From an uncultured cyanobacterium (GTDB lineage: Bacteria > Cyanobacteriota > Cyanobacteriia > Leptolyngbyales > Leptolyngbyaceae), in assembly GCA_963766075.1 (NCBI GenBank), contig CAVYAN010000081.1, forward strand, positions 1 through 56,834: a stretch of 56,834 bases of DNA, in the 5' to 3' direction. The translations under genes were made by a program, and so were the position numbers. Positions 30,251 to 41,004 of this stretch are shown one piece after another. How positions within the stretch are numbered: position 1 is the first letter of the stretch; every line of letters starts with the position of its first letter. The notes below the pieces were generated by a model. The model saw nothing but the letters and a program-made list of their open reading frames with translations, did no database searches and was not told where the DNA came from.

Positions 30251-30799
30251 CTAAGCCAAAAAGGGGCGAGCCAACACGAAGCTGGTGATCGTTTTGGCAT
30301 CTGCAATATCCCCCGCGTGAATCGCTTTTTCGACTTCATCAACCGTCATCACCACGGCTTCAAGGTCTTCATCGTGGTCTTGGTCCGGTGGATGCTCCAG
30401 TAGCTCTAAATCCTGAGCTAAAAAGGCATAGATAATTTCATCGGAATACCCCGGAGCCACAAAAAACTCACCCAGTTTTTTCCACTGGTGGGCGCGGTAG
30501 CCCGTTTCTTCCTCAATTTCTCGCGTAATTGTTTCTTCTGGGGTTTCATTCGGTTCCACGGTGCCCGCCGGAAATTCCAACACGCGCCCTTGCACCGCAA
30601 ACCGATATTGTTTCACCAGCACCAGCTTGCCATCCGAGGTGACAGGAACAGCCAATGCTCCCCCGGGGTGCCGGACGCATTCCCATTCCCCTTCATTTTG
30701 ATTGGGCAACCGCAGCCGACTCGATTCAAAACTAAATTTTCGGCCTTTGTAGATAAAGCGTTGCTTCAACAGTTGGGGAAGTTCGCGACCAAGAGGCAT
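30251..30799 (-). CDS. Nudix hydrolase (ADP-ribose pyrophosphatase-like)
   Basis: Nudix box EFPAGTVE...REIEEETGY; QYRF; DAKT. Confidence 0.9.
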   Translation of the reverse strand: MPLGRELPQLLKQRFIYKGRKFSFESSRLRLPNQNEGEWECVRHPGGALAVPVTSDGKLVLVKQYRFAVQGRVLEFPAGTVEPNETPEETITREIEEETGYRAHQWKKLGEFFVAPGYSDEIIYAFLAQDLELLEHPPDQDHDEDLEAVVMTVDEVEKAIHAGDIADAKTITSFVLARPFLA

Positions 30800-30877
30800 A
30801 AAGATATGGGCTGGGGGATAGTGCTGAGACGAAACTAAATCTTCCCGAAAAAATGACGGCCAGTCTTAAAATGACAG

Positions 30878-31399
30878 CTAGTCTTCAAGATGCCGAAATT
30901 TGGGACACGCAGGACTCAGCGGTTGAACATCAGAACAGTCTACCGTTTTGAGGAGATCTGCGATCGCCTTTCCCAAAATCGGATGGATCCATTCGGGGGC
31001 AATTTCTGCCAAAGGGACCAAAACGAAGGCCCGTTCAGCCATGCGGGGATGGGGCAATTGCAATTCTGGCAGCTCCAGAATTTGATCTTCTGCCCACAAA
31101 AAATCCAAATCTAGCGTTCGGGGACCATTTTTTTCGCCGCGCACACGCCCAAACTCGCCTTCGATGCACAGCAGCCTCTGCATCAGGGCGGATGGAGACA
31201 ACAGCGACTGGAGGATAGCACACCCGTTCAAATAGTCGGGTTGCGGTGGGCCAACAGGCTTAGTTCGATACCAGGTGGATCGCTGTTCTACCGCGATCCC
31301 CGGCACTTGCTGCAACCGCTGCACCGCTGCCTCTAGGATTGCCCGGGAATCTCCCAAATTGCTCCCCAGCGCGATCGCACACCGTAAACCCTGTGTCAT
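30878..31399 (-). CDS. folK: 2-amino-4-hydroxy-6-hydroxymethyldihydropteridine diphosphokinase
   Basis: IALGSNLGD, GPRTLDLD, LPHPRM..RAFVLVPL; likely start at MTQG 31399, not 31630. Confidence 0.93.
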   Translation of the reverse strand: MTQGLRCAIALGSNLGDSRAILEAAVQRLQQVPGIAVEQRSTWYRTKPVGPPQPDYLNGCAILQSLLSPSALMQRLLCIEGEFGRVRGEKNGPRTLDLDFLWAEDQILELPELQLPHPRMAERAFVLVPLAEIAPEWIHPILGKAIADLLKTVDCSDVQPLSPACPKFRHLED

Positions 31400-31446
31400 A
31401 GCTTCCCCGTATCCCGTGCACTCTCTATTAACTCGGCCATCACAAC

Positions 31447-31617
31447 CTAGGCCGTCACACAGATGATGGCTGTAACGACACACAGCAACAGCAGCACCCA
31501 CAGTACCGATCCTGGGATGAAACTCAACACGGCAAAACCCCTCAGGATCCAGACAAATAGGGTGATCCCCAGGACAACGATAAAAGCCACCGTACTTGAT
31601 TTCAGCGATCGACCCAT
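31447..31617 (-). CDS. 56-aa two-TM microprotein, absent from the supplied ORF track
   Basis: Manual translation MGRSLKSSTVAFIVVLGITLFVWILRGFAVLSFIPGSVLWVLLLLCVVTAIICVTA*. Confidence 0.7.
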   Translation of the reverse strand: MGRSLKSSTVAFIVVLGITLFVWILRGFAVLSFIPGSVLWVLLLLCVVTAIICVTA

Positions 31618-31707
31618 AGCAACATCTCAATCAATACAGCTCATCAATCAATACAGCCCACGTCACGCCTAGCCTAACCCCATCGAGTCCCTACCGCCCA
31701 GCACCTG

Positions 31708-31914
31708 CTATCGCCCTTTCCGCTGAGCACTTTGTAACCCGCCAATAATCCCACAGCCGATCGCCAGCAGCACCAACGCCACAATCACATCATTGGGTAA
31801 GGTCGTCAGCAGGCGGAGTGCCTTCAACAAAATCAGCACCGCCGTCATTACGAGCAAAATGCCAATGGTATACAGCACAATCGTCACAGCCAGATTTGGC
31901 GGTCCACTATTCAC
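31708..31914 (-). CDS. Small two-TM membrane protein
   Basis: GTG start preceded by GGAG; ILLKALRLLTTLPNDV hairpin similar to the neighbouring microprotein. Confidence 0.65.
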   Translation of the reverse strand: MNSGPPNLAVTIVLYTIGILLVMTAVLILLKALRLLTTLPNDVIVALVLLAIGCGIIGGLQSAQRKGR

Positions 31915-32412
31915 AACAGTGTCTCCCAATCGAGGGAATCTAGGGTTAACAGCACCGGAGGCCAAGCCCCTCCAAGGACACCGGGCCAAAGCACAACATG
32001 TAGCCCCTAGCTTACAGGGTAACCGGCCTGAATCCAAACTCCGTCGCGGCTTGACTTGATCCCCGCGCCCGAATCCGCATCAGTTCCCACAGTATTTCCC
32101 CGCACTCTTCTTGAAATCTTCATGGATACACCGAGATGGATTTCATGACTCAGAGGGTATGGTTTGGGAATAGCCTCGCCAGAGCCACTCCAATTCTCGG
32201 AGTGACACTCAGAGTACACATTCGCCCAAAAAAATGTGTCACGCTACCCAGCCTATACCGGGCAGAGTCATACCTGGTGCAGACAGACCTTGAGAGCATC
32301 CCCTCTGAAATCAATCGGGGCCCTAGAATTTCCCAGAAACTCAGGGAAATTTTTGTCGGGACACGGTTTATCGAAATATCGCCTCCAATCCCTACTGGAG
32401 TTTTACGGATCT

Positions 32413-33009
32413 ATGATGAATACCCGGTTCATTCCCACCCTGGCCGCTGCTGATACCGTTGCTACCGATACCGTTGCGACGGATCCCCGGCAGGCCACAG
32501 CCTTGCTCAATGGCGAAATTCTTTTGGTCGTTCGATCCCATAGTGCTTGGGGGGGCGCGGTCACAGCACACATGTACTTGCCGATGAAGCGGGCGATCGC
32601 ATGGCAAAAACTGACTCACTATCCCAACTGGGTGAACTACTTCCCGGCCCTAACCCACAGCGAAGTCATTCCTAAAACTGCCACTGAAGCAGGCAAACGA
32701 GTGGCCAAGCGCCTGTATCAGGCGGCCAGTAAAAACTTTCTCCTGTTCACCGCAAAGGTCGAAATTTACCTCAAGGTGATGGAAACAGCTTACCAGCGCA
32801 TCCAATTCCAACTGGAATCCGGGAACTTTCACGACTTCTCGGCTGATTTGCACCTGCAAGACTGTGGTGATGGCACCCTCCTGACCTACTCGGTTCAAGC
32901 AACCCCCACCATTCCGGTGCCCTCGCTATTTATCCAGCAGGCCATTCAATTGGATTTGCCAGCCAATATGCGCAGTATGCGGCAGGCCCTGCTCCATAGC
33001 GATCGCTAA
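32413..33009 (+). CDS. SRPBCC/polyketide cyclase-dehydrase family protein
   Basis: AWQKLTHYPNWVNYFP, GTLLTYSVQATP, LPANMRSMR. Confidence 0.8.
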   Translation: MMNTRFIPTLAAADTVATDTVATDPRQATALLNGEILLVVRSHSAWGGAVTAHMYLPMKRAIAWQKLTHYPNWVNYFPALTHSEVIPKTATEAGKRVAKRLYQAASKNFLLFTAKVEIYLKVMETAYQRIQFQLESGNFHDFSADLHLQDCGDGTLLTYSVQATPTIPVPSLFIQQAIQLDLPANMRSMRQALLHSDR

Positions 33010-33054
33010 TCTGAATTCGGCCAACCCTTAAAAATACATTTAGATTTCTGATGC

Positions 33055-33087
33055 CTTAACCCTGCCTTTACCCGAACGCTGTAATTT
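33055..33087 (+). promoter_or_regulatory. Pho boxes and -10 element of the second pst operon
   Basis: CTTAACCC 33055 and CTTTACCC 33066 (11-bp spacing); TAATTT 33082. Confidence 0.6.
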
Positions 33088-33119
33088 GAGTCTCGTAAGT
33101 GTACTGAGCTACAGAAATT

Positions 33120-34229
33120 ATGGTGTTTTCCTCTAAATCGACCCGTTGGGTAGCCGCAGCCCCCGCACTTGCCCTAGTCATGGGCTTGGCATCCTGTGCT
33201 CCCCAAACTGCTAATGCACCCTCGGCGACCGGTGGCACCACAGCGAGCCCAGCCGCAACCTCGGCACCCGGGGGCACCATTTCCATCAGCGGTGCTGGGG
33301 CATCGGCGCCTAATCCCCTGTACCAACGCTGGTTCCAGGAGTACAACAAGATCAATCCCAACGTGCAAATTAGCTATCAGTCCGTTGGCAGCGGCGCGGG
33401 GGTGAAGCAGTTTTTGGCGGAAACCGTAGATTTTGGCGCAACAGATTCCGCTCTCAAAGATGAAGAGCGTAAGGAAGTCAAGGCTGAGCGTGGCAAAGTG
33501 GTGCAAGTCCCCACCACCGGCCTGTTCATTGTATTTGCGTACAACCTAGACGTGGACGGGCTGAAGCTCTCCCGTGAATCGTTCTGCGGCATTGTTGATG
33601 GCTCGATCAAATCTTGGGATGATGCCAAGATTGCCAAGGATAATGCGGGCGTCAAGCTGCCCAGTGAGCCGATCACATTTGTCCACCGCTCCGATGGCAG
33701 CGGCACCACTTCGATTTTCACCAAGCACATTGTCAAAGCCTGCCCCAACTGGAAAGTGGGCGATGGTAAAACTGTTGAATGGCCCACCGGCACCGGTGCT
33801 AAGGGGAACGAAGGCGTAACCGCTCAGATTCAGCAAACCAAGGGCGCGATTGGCTATACCGAGTTCTCCTTTGCCAAGGAAAATTCTCTCAAGATGGCTA
33901 GTATTCAGAACAAGGCCGGAGAATTCATCACGCCTTCACCGGATGCAGCCGCCAAGGCTCTCGTGGGTGCTAAGATTCCTGACGACTTTGCCCTGAAGGT
34001 TCCGGATCCAGAGCAAAAGGATGCCTACCCTATCGTCAGCTTGACCTGGGTGCTGCTCTATGAGAATCCCAAGGATCCTGCTAAGGCCAAAGCATTCTCG
34101 GAATTCATGAAGTGGGCCTTGAAGGATGGCAAGTCCTTTGCTACCGATTTGGGCTATCTTCCTTTGCCTGAGGAAGTCAGCACTAAGGTGCTGTCGGCTC
34201 TGGATACCATTAAGGTAGCAGCGAAGTAG
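33120..34229 (+). CDS. pstS: Phosphate-binding lipoprotein PstS (second pst operon)
   Basis: Lipobox GLASC; GAGASAP, YQSVGSGAG, DFGATD, HRSDGSGTT. Confidence 0.95.
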   Translation: MVFSSKSTRWVAAAPALALVMGLASCAPQTANAPSATGGTTASPAATSAPGGTISISGAGASAPNPLYQRWFQEYNKINPNVQISYQSVGSGAGVKQFLAETVDFGATDSALKDEERKEVKAERGKVVQVPTTGLFIVFAYNLDVDGLKLSRESFCGIVDGSIKSWDDAKIAKDNAGVKLPSEPITFVHRSDGSGTTSIFTKHIVKACPNWKVGDGKTVEWPTGTGAKGNEGVTAQIQQTKGAIGYTEFSFAKENSLKMASIQNKAGEFITPSPDAAAKALVGAKIPDDFALKVPDPEQKDAYPIVSLTWVLLYENPKDPAKAKAFSEFMKWALKDGKSFATDLGYLPLPEEVSTKVLSALDTIKVAAK

Positions 34230-34598
34230 AGCCAAAGGGGCATGGCAAAATAGCGTAAGATTGGAAGTGAGGGTTTACCAGGGGTACAATCACTTCCAAT
34301 CCTGCCCAGTTCTTGCTGTAGCTGCCGCCGGATAGGGCACATAATTGCTTTTTATCAGAGACTATCTCTTAAGGATATCTGTGTGGGTCTAATCCAGAGT
34401 CTTTTTAGAGCCTGCTCTCAGAATATTTAACTCACGAATCAAAGTTTTTCAGGCCGTTGACTCAGCAGCATTGGCTCCCGATCCATGACTCAAGATTCGG
34501 GGGCAGATCTTAGCGATTGTGAGTGAATCAAAGCGCTAGTCAAAGGTAACGTCAGCGTTCGCGAGTCAGAATCACCTCGTTCCTTAGCTTAAATTTTT

Positions 34599-35559
34599 AT
34601 GGATTCGTCCTCAAATCGTTCTTCACCCATGTCCTGGCAGCGTTCCCAGGCTTCCCGCTGGATTGACACTGGATTTATTTGGCTAACGGGAGCGTTTGCC
34701 ATTGGTGTGGGGTTGCTCCTGTTGGCGATCGCCCTGCGCGTTAGCTCCGATGCCCTGCCTGCCATCCAAAAGTTTGGGCTCGGCTTCTTAGTTACCAGTC
34801 GCTGGAGTGTCAACGACGAAATCTTTGGAGCCCTTACCCAAATTTATGGCACCCTCGTGACCTCTTTCATTGCCCTAATTCTGGCAGTGCCGATTGGCGT
34901 GGGCGTGGCTATTTTCCTCAGCGAAGATTTCTTGCCGGCGAAGTTTCAACAGCCGATCGTATTTTTAATTGAGCTGTTGGCGGCCATTCCCAGTGTGGTC
35001 TACGGGCTGTGGGCCATTTTTGTGCTGATTCCTGTCCTGCGCCCCTTCGGCGTCATGCTGAACAAGAATTTTGGTTGGATCCCCTTCTTTGCTGGAGACC
35101 AGCCCACAGGGCCGGGTATCTACATCGCAGGCATTATTCTTTCAATCATGATTTTGCCGATTATCGCCGCTATCTCCCGTGATGCTCTTATTTCTGTGCC
35201 TGGGGAATTGCGCCAAGCGGCCTATGGCCTAGGGGCTACTCGCTGGGAAACCATTTTCCAGGTGATTTTGCCAACGGCAATCTCCGGCATCATCGGGGGC
35301 GTAATGTTGGCTCTAGGGCGGGCCATGGGAGAGACCATGGCCGTCACGATGGTGATTGGCAATACTGACACGATCAAGTCTGCTTCCATCTTGGCCCAGG
35401 GTTCAACCGTGTCGTCGCTGCTCGCAAATCAATTTGCTGAGGCAGGCGGGATTACAAATCGCGTCCCTGATGTACGCCGCCCTCGTGCTGATGGGGCTCA
35501 CGCTGCTGGTTAATGTTTTGGCAGAAGTATTAGTGCGGCGTATTCAGATTAAGGTTTAG
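34599..35559 (+). CDS. pstC: PstC with a frameshift near 35447, likely artefactual
   Basis: ELLAAIPSVVYG, LGRAMGETMAVTM; the C-terminus LQIASLMYAALVL continues in ORF 35356-35559. Confidence 0.9.
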
Positions 35560-35717
35560 CGCACCGAACACCATGAAGCGTCTGATGTTTCAAGCAGGCG
35601 ACTGTCTGGCGCATTAGGAATTTAGCGCACTAGGGACTAAACGCCTTGAGTTTGGGTAGAAAGCCGTTCGGTAACGAGGCTGTTGGTAAGAGCCTGTAGG
35701 TACAAAGGATATATTCC

Positions 35718-36600
35718 ATGGTTCAAGATTCTGTTGGAACATTGGGTTCAGGGCGCAGCCTACTGAGGGTGCCCGGTTCCCCCCGCACGTTGTTTTCCTC
35801 GGCAATGACCGTTGTGGCTTTTTTGTGTGCCGGAATTGCCCTTGTGCCCCTAGTGGCCGTTCTGTCCTATGTATTTATCAACGGGATTAGCCGATTTGGT
35901 CCAGATCTTTTTGACACAGTTGCCCCCAGCACCCGGTTTGAAGGGGGGTGGGTTTGGCAATGCGCTGTTGGGTACCTTAGTGACCGTCGGAATTGCCGCT
36001 GGCTTAAGCATTCCCTTTGGCGTATCTGCGGCCATTTTTCTGTCAGAGTTTGCTCGGGATACCAAGCTGGCCAATGCCATTGATTTTTTGACTAACGTTC
36101 TGAGTGGGGTGCCCTCGATTGTTGTGGGCGTGTTTGCCTATGCCTTAGTGGTGTTGTCTACGGGTACCTTTTCTGCCGTGGCCGGTGGGGTGGCGCTAGC
36201 GGTACTGATGTTGCCCACAATTGTGCGGACGGCTTCGGAAGCCCTGGAATCAGTTCCGATGGAGTTTCGGCAGGCAGCCTTTGGTTTAGGGGCTACGCGG
36301 TTCCAAACTACCTTGAATGTGGTACTGCCTGCGGCGGTGCCATCCATTGTCACAGGGGTGATGCTGGCGATTTCTCGAGCCGCCGGGGAAACAGCCCCGG
36401 TCATTTTCACGGCACTGTTTAACCAGTACTGGAGTCGTGGTCTGTGGGAAAAGACAGCAACCCTGTCGGTGTTGGTGTTTAACTTTGCCACGGCTCCCTA
36501 CAAGAGCCAACAGGAGCTTGCTTGGGCCGGATCCTTGGTATTGGTGCTGCTGGTGTTGGTGACTAATATTCTGGCTCGATTCGTCACGAAGCGGCGGTAG
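35718..36600 (+). CDS. pstA: PstA with a frameshift near 35910 (T run), likely artefactual
   Basis: N-terminal part in ORF 35718, remainder in ORF 35869 (PSIVVGVFAY, SRAAGETAP). Confidence 0.9.
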
Positions 36601-36721
36601 TCGTCTTTCCCGCCGTGTTTTTCTATCGCTGTCTGCTCTCCCCTGTTATTTGCCTGCTTTGAATAGTTGTCTGTATCCAAAGTTCTGATTGCCTCTCCTT
36701 GATCTACATCTCCTGACACTT

Positions 36722-37528
36722 ATGACTTCCAGCTTGCAAACTCCTCGCCAGACTGAAACGGTTTTTCGGACGGAGAATCTGAATATCTATTACGGTAATT
36801 TTTTGGCCGTGCGAGATGTCTCCATTGAAATTCCTAAACATTCGATTACGGCCTTTATTGGTCCGTCCGGCTGTGGCAAAAGTACGGTGCTGCGTTGCTT
36901 CAACCGCCTGAACGATTTGATTAAAATTTTCCACATTGATGGCAAGATTTTCTACCACGACCAAGACTTGTATGCGCCGAATATTGACCCGGTAGAGGTG
37001 CGGCGGCAGATCGGTATGGTGTTCCAGAAGCCGAACCCGTTTCCGAAGTCGATCTATGACAACGTGGCTTTTGGTCCGCGTTTACTGGGCTACAAGGGCG
37101 ATATGGATGAATTGGTGGAGCGATCGCTGCGGGGAGCTGCCCTCTGGGATGATGTCAAAGATAAGCTGCGCTCCTTAGGTACGGATATGTCCGGTGGCCA
37201 GCAGCAGCGCCTATGCATTGCCCGGGCGATCGCTGTTCAACCCGACGTGATCTTGATGGATGAGCCCTGTTCTGCACTAGATCCCATCTCCACCCTGAAG
37301 GTGGAGGATCTCCTGCAAGAACTCAAGGAGCAGTACACGATTGTCATCGTGACCCACAACATGCAGCAAGCCTCCCGCGCTTCGGACTACACCGCCTTCT
37401 ATAACGTGGAAGCCAACGCCAAAGGGCAACGCACGGGCTACATTGTGGAATATGATCGCACCGAAGTTATTTTCCAAAGCCCGCAACATACGGCGACCCA
37501 GGAATACGTTAGTGGTCGGTTTGGCTAA
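36722..37528 (+). CDS. pstB: Phosphate ABC transporter ATPase PstB
   Basis: [28 protein letters not shown], terminal GRFG. Confidence 0.96.
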   Translation: MTSSLQTPRQTETVFRTENLNIYYGNFLAVRDVSIEIPKHSITAFIGPSGCGKSTVLRCFNRLNDLIKIFHIDGKIFYHDQDLYAPNIDPVEVRRQIGMVFQKPNPFPKSIYDNVAFGPRLLGYKGDMDELVERSLRGAALWDDVKDKLRSLGTDMSGGQQQRLCIARAIAVQPDVILMDEPCSALDPISTLKVEDLLQELKEQYTIVIVTHNMQQASRASDYTAFYNVEANAKGQRTGYIVEYDRTEVIFQSPQHTATQEYVSGRFG

Positions 37529-37650
37529 TTTTCCAGTCGATATCACGCCTTCAGGTCTACAACTTCCGGTCTACAACCTCTGAGTACAGTCACAGACGTG
37601 GGCCTACCCAAAGTCAGAATCCAAACGTTTAATTCAAGATCCAAGAGTTT

Positions 37651-37677
37651 AATGGGGTGCACTTGCGCCCCATTTTT
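37651..37677 (+). terminator. Intrinsic terminator after pstB
   Basis: AATGGGGTGC-ACTT-GCGCCCCATT followed by a T run. Confidence 0.65.
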
Positions 37678-37811
37678 ATGCCTGATTTATGCCTGATCCC
37701 CGAATCACGGTAGGATCATAAAACTGAAAAGTTTTACCGACTGGTCAATTCTACAGGCCGGTCATTTTTGCCGACTGGTCAATTCCTTACCCCTTCTCCG
37801 TCATGCAGCCT

Positions 37812-38222
37812 ATGAAGCGCCATTTCTCTCGTCTACTGTCCTTGGTGTTAGCCGTGCTGGTCAGTGTCACTGTGCTGACAGGCTTCGCGGCTCCCGCTGC
37901 GGCTGAACTGTCGGGCAACTATAAAAATGACACTCTAGCACTGGTGGATAGCCTACGAACTGCCATTAATCTTCCAGATGATGCTCCCAACAAAGCCAAA
38001 GCCCAGGGGGCAGCACGGCAATCGATTACGGAATTCTTTTCCCGCTATCGCCGCGATCCGAATGCAACCAAGCTGACCTCCTTTACAACCATGCGCACAG
38101 CCCTCAATTCTCTGGCGGGGCATTACGCGTCCTATCCCAATCGCTCTGTACCCCAAAAGCTAAAGGATCGGCTGGAGCTGGAATTTAACCAAGTGGAAAC
38201 TGCGGTCAAGCGGGGCGCTTAA
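37812..38222 (+). CDS. psb27: Photosystem II assembly protein Psb27
   Basis: LSGNYKNDT, SRYRR, SFTTMRTALNSLAGHY, RLELEF. Confidence 0.92.
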   Translation: MKRHFSRLLSLVLAVLVSVTVLTGFAAPAAAELSGNYKNDTLALVDSLRTAINLPDDAPNKAKAQGAARQSITEFFSRYRRDPNATKLTSFTTMRTALNSLAGHYASYPNRSVPQKLKDRLELEFNQVETAVKRGA

Positions 38223-38323
38223 AACGTCACTATCCGAACCGTTTTATTCTGAACCGTTTTATATCGATCCGAGCCATTCGCTATCGAGCAGAGCGCCATC
38301 ACCGAAAATATGCTAGAGGCACC

Positions 38324-38368
38324 CACGAATCCCACAGGCAGATGAAAATCCTGTGGGATTCGTGTTTT
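38324..38368 (+). terminator. Intrinsic terminator after psb27
   Basis: Perfect 15-bp stem CACGAATCCCACAGG / CCTGTGGGATTCGTG followed by TTTT. Confidence 0.75.
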
Positions 38369-38611
38369 ACGGAATACGTGTTAGTATATATACTGAAATA
38401 CATGAAAACATCCTCTGATTTAAGTGTATATACTTAGATTGCATGCACTGAGCGAACGTGCTCCGAACGCCATACGGATTGAATGGGTCGCCCCTGCCTC
38501 CATCAGACGTTCTTCCCAGTCCAGTATTTCTGATATAGCTCCATTGAATCACTAAGGTTGAATCAGTAAGGTACGCGTTCCATGAGTGTTTTCCGCAATC
38601 CATCGGATTTT

Positions 38612-38992
38612 ATGGCTGCCGATTCTAGTTTATTCACACCGGAACTTCAGCCCTCTTCAGAGACTATTGCTGCTCAGCAAACCGTTTTTGTTGAACATCC
38701 CCTGTGGCCGGGAGATATTCAGCCCGCTCCACAGGACGTGTCGGCTCAAGAAGTGGAGGAAGCCTTTGCAAGTGCAGTGACTTTGCAAGTAAGGGCTACT
38801 ACTGGTCAGGATGGCCAGGATGAGGGCATTTACTTGAAATTAGGGCAAACCCAGGCAGGGCGATTGCTCGCGATTTTATTTGCTTATCGGGGCACCCGCA
38901 ATGCTTGGATTTTGAGTGCTCGCACCATGGCTCCCCAGGAATGCCACTATTATTGCCAAAAAATCAATTATTACCAAAAAATCAATAACTAA
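38612..38992 (+). CDS. BrnT/DUF497-like toxin, divergent N-terminus
   Basis: EVEEAF, LGQTQAGRLLAILF, ILSARTM. Confidence 0.65.
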   Translation: MAADSSLFTPELQPSSETIAAQQTVFVEHPLWPGDIQPAPQDVSAQEVEEAFASAVTLQVRATTGQDGQDEGIYLKLGQTQAGRLLAILFAYRGTRNAWILSARTMAPQECHYYCQKINYYQKINN

Positions 38993-38997
38993 TCTCT

Positions 38998-39282
38998 ATG
39001 ACCCGCAAACAGGTTGAGCCAGATTCAGAAGGGCAGTTTCCAGAATTTCAGTCTGTCGAAGAATTGGTGCAATTCTTTAATACCCATGATGTGGGGGCGT
39101 TTTTAGACCCGCTTGATTCGGCAGAGTTTCAAGTGGACCTGCAAACGCGCAAGTGGCTAGTGCCTGTCGATGAATCTTTAATCAATCGGCTGGCAGAGGT
39201 GGCCCAGGCCCACCATCTGACGGCAGAAGATCTGATTGATCTGTGGATTCGGGAAAAGTTATCCTACTATTCACCCGCTTGA
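38998..39282 (+). CDS. CopG-family antitoxin
   Basis: PEFQSVEELVQFFNTHD; C-terminal LIDLWIREKL; 5 bp after the toxin. Confidence 0.7.
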   Translation: MTRKQVEPDSEGQFPEFQSVEELVQFFNTHDVGAFLDPLDSAEFQVDLQTRKWLVPVDESLINRLAEVAQAHHLTAEDLIDLWIREKLSYYSPA

Positions 39283-39301
39283 GATTGTCACGGATGGTAG
39301 A

Positions 39302-40291
39302 CTACCCACCAATTTGAGACATGGTGCGGCTGTAGATGCCCAGGGCCGTGCCCGATTCACGCTGTTTATAATTGATTTCTGGTTTGGCCATGAGCAACTC
39401 TCGCACGTGCTGACGCAGTTCCGCCAAGGGCGTGCCCGATCGCAATTCTGTGCGTAAATTAATTTGGCCCAATTCATTCAGCAAACAGGGCCGGAGCCAG
39501 CCATCGGCGGAGAGACGCATGCGGTTACAGCGATCGCAGAAGCACTCCGACATCTGGCTAATGAATCCCAACGTGCCCAGGGCCCCAGGAATTTGGAACA
39601 CATCTGCAGGTCCATTGCCCCGCACCTGCGATTCCGTCAACCCCCAGCGATCGCGGATTTGCTGCCGCAACGTTTCCGAACTGATCCAGCCGCGATCGCC
39701 AAATAGATCATTATTCCCGATCGGCATAAATTCAATAAACCGGACGTGCCAAGCCCGATCAATACTCAGCGCCGCCAGATCCAACACTTCCTGATCATTT
39801 ACACCGGGGATTACGACCACGTTCAGCTTCAGCGGATTAAAGCCCACGGTATAGGCAGTTTGAATTCCTGCCCAGACCGCCTGCCAGCGTGATCGTCCCC
39901 GATTGCCAATGATTAAATCGAAGCGATCGGCATCCAAAGAATCTAAGCTGATATTGATCCGTCGCAACCCTGCATCGTAAAGATCCCGGGCCATCCCCGC
40001 CAACAAAAAGCCATTCGTGGTCATGGACAAATCTTGGGTTTCGGGAAACTGGGCAATCTGCTGCACAATTTCCACCACATCTTCGCGCACGAAGGGCTCT
40101 CCCCCGGTCAGCCGAAATCGAGTGAACCCTACGGGAATCAACACCTCGCGTAGCAGCAGCAGCAGTTCTGCCTGGGTCAATATATCCGCCGATAACGCAT
40201 AGGTTAAGTCTGCTCCCTCAGGCATGCAGTACTGACAGCGAAAATTGCAGCGGTCAATTAGGCTAATGCGCAGATAATCAACGGTGTTCAT
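39302..40291 (-). CDS. moaA: GTP 3',8-cyclase MoaA
   Basis: [41 protein letters not shown], terminal MSQIGG. Confidence 0.96.
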   Translation of the reverse strand: MNTVDYLRISLIDRCNFRCQYCMPEGADLTYALSADILTQAELLLLLREVLIPVGFTRFRLTGGEPFVREDVVEIVQQIAQFPETQDLSMTTNGFLLAGMARDLYDAGLRRINISLDSLDADRFDLIIGNRGRSRWQAVWAGIQTAYTVGFNPLKLNVVVIPGVNDQEVLDLAALSIDRAWHVRFIEFMPIGNNDLFGDRGWISSETLRQQIRDRWGLTESQVRGNGPADVFQIPGALGTLGFISQMSECFCDRCNRMRLSADGWLRPCLLNELGQINLRTELRSGTPLAELRQHVRELLMAKPEINYKQRESGTALGIYSRTMSQIGG

Positions 40292-40464
40292 AGCCCCATT
40301 GTGCCTAAGGACTGCGGATTTTGGACGGTTAATCTTAGATTTCATCCTCTAGCGCAGGAGCATACCGCCAGATTTCTCTGCTTGAATCCATTCTGAATCC
40401 ATTGGGGCAGTGCAAGGGGAAGCCTGGGTGACAGCCTAAAACTTCACTTGATTTTTTGCTTAAC

Positions 40465-41004
40465 CTACTTGATTTTTTGCTTAACAAAGTTGATCAATTG
40501 GCCCATTTGCTTCTTCAAAGCATCGATTTCCGCCTGCATTTTGGCAATCTTTTCATTCAGGGCCTGGATATCGGCTCCACCCGCGTCCGTCGTAACCGCA
40601 GGCACAGGGGCCGCCGCCAGAGGCCGCCGTTTGGCCTTAGCCATAGCGGTCTTAATCGCGTCAATCAGCTCCTTTTGATCAAAGGGTTTTTGAACAAACT
40701 CAAAATATTCAAAAGGCTCTTGCAGCTTTTCAGTGACCTCTTCCTTCCGCCCAGACATCAACACTAAGGGAATCGCCTGGAGTTCCGGCTGAGTTTGGAC
40801 CTGCTGAAACACTTCCCAACCACTAAGGCGGGGCAGCAGAAAGTCCAGCATGATCAGGTTCGGGCGTTCTTGGCGAATCATGTTCAGCCCTTGAACACCA
40901 TCCTTAGCTTCCAGCACTTCAAAATTTCCTTTCGGCAACATGTCGCGCACCATGTTCCGGATCACATTGCTGTCATCAATGACTAGAATCTTATGACTTG
41001 CCAC
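40465..41004 (-). CDS. Receiver-domain response regulator with C-terminal coiled coil
   Basis: LVIDDS, IMLDFLLP, LMSG, QKPF; heptad-repeat tail. Confidence 0.85.
   Translation of the reverse strand: MASHKILVIDDSNVIRNMVRDMLPKGNFEVLEAKDGVQGLNMIRQERPNLIMLDFLLPRLSGWEVFQQVQTQPELQAIPLVLMSGRKEEVTEKLQEPFEYFEFVQKPFDQKELIDAIKTAMAKAKRRPLAAAPVPAVTTDAGGADIQALNEKIAKMQAEIDALKKQMGQLINFVKQKIK

Noticed and set aside
31400..31630. Cys-rich N-terminal extension of FolK
   Set aside because: It is an alternate-frame reading of a 56-aa membrane microprotein; FolK homology begins at MTQG.
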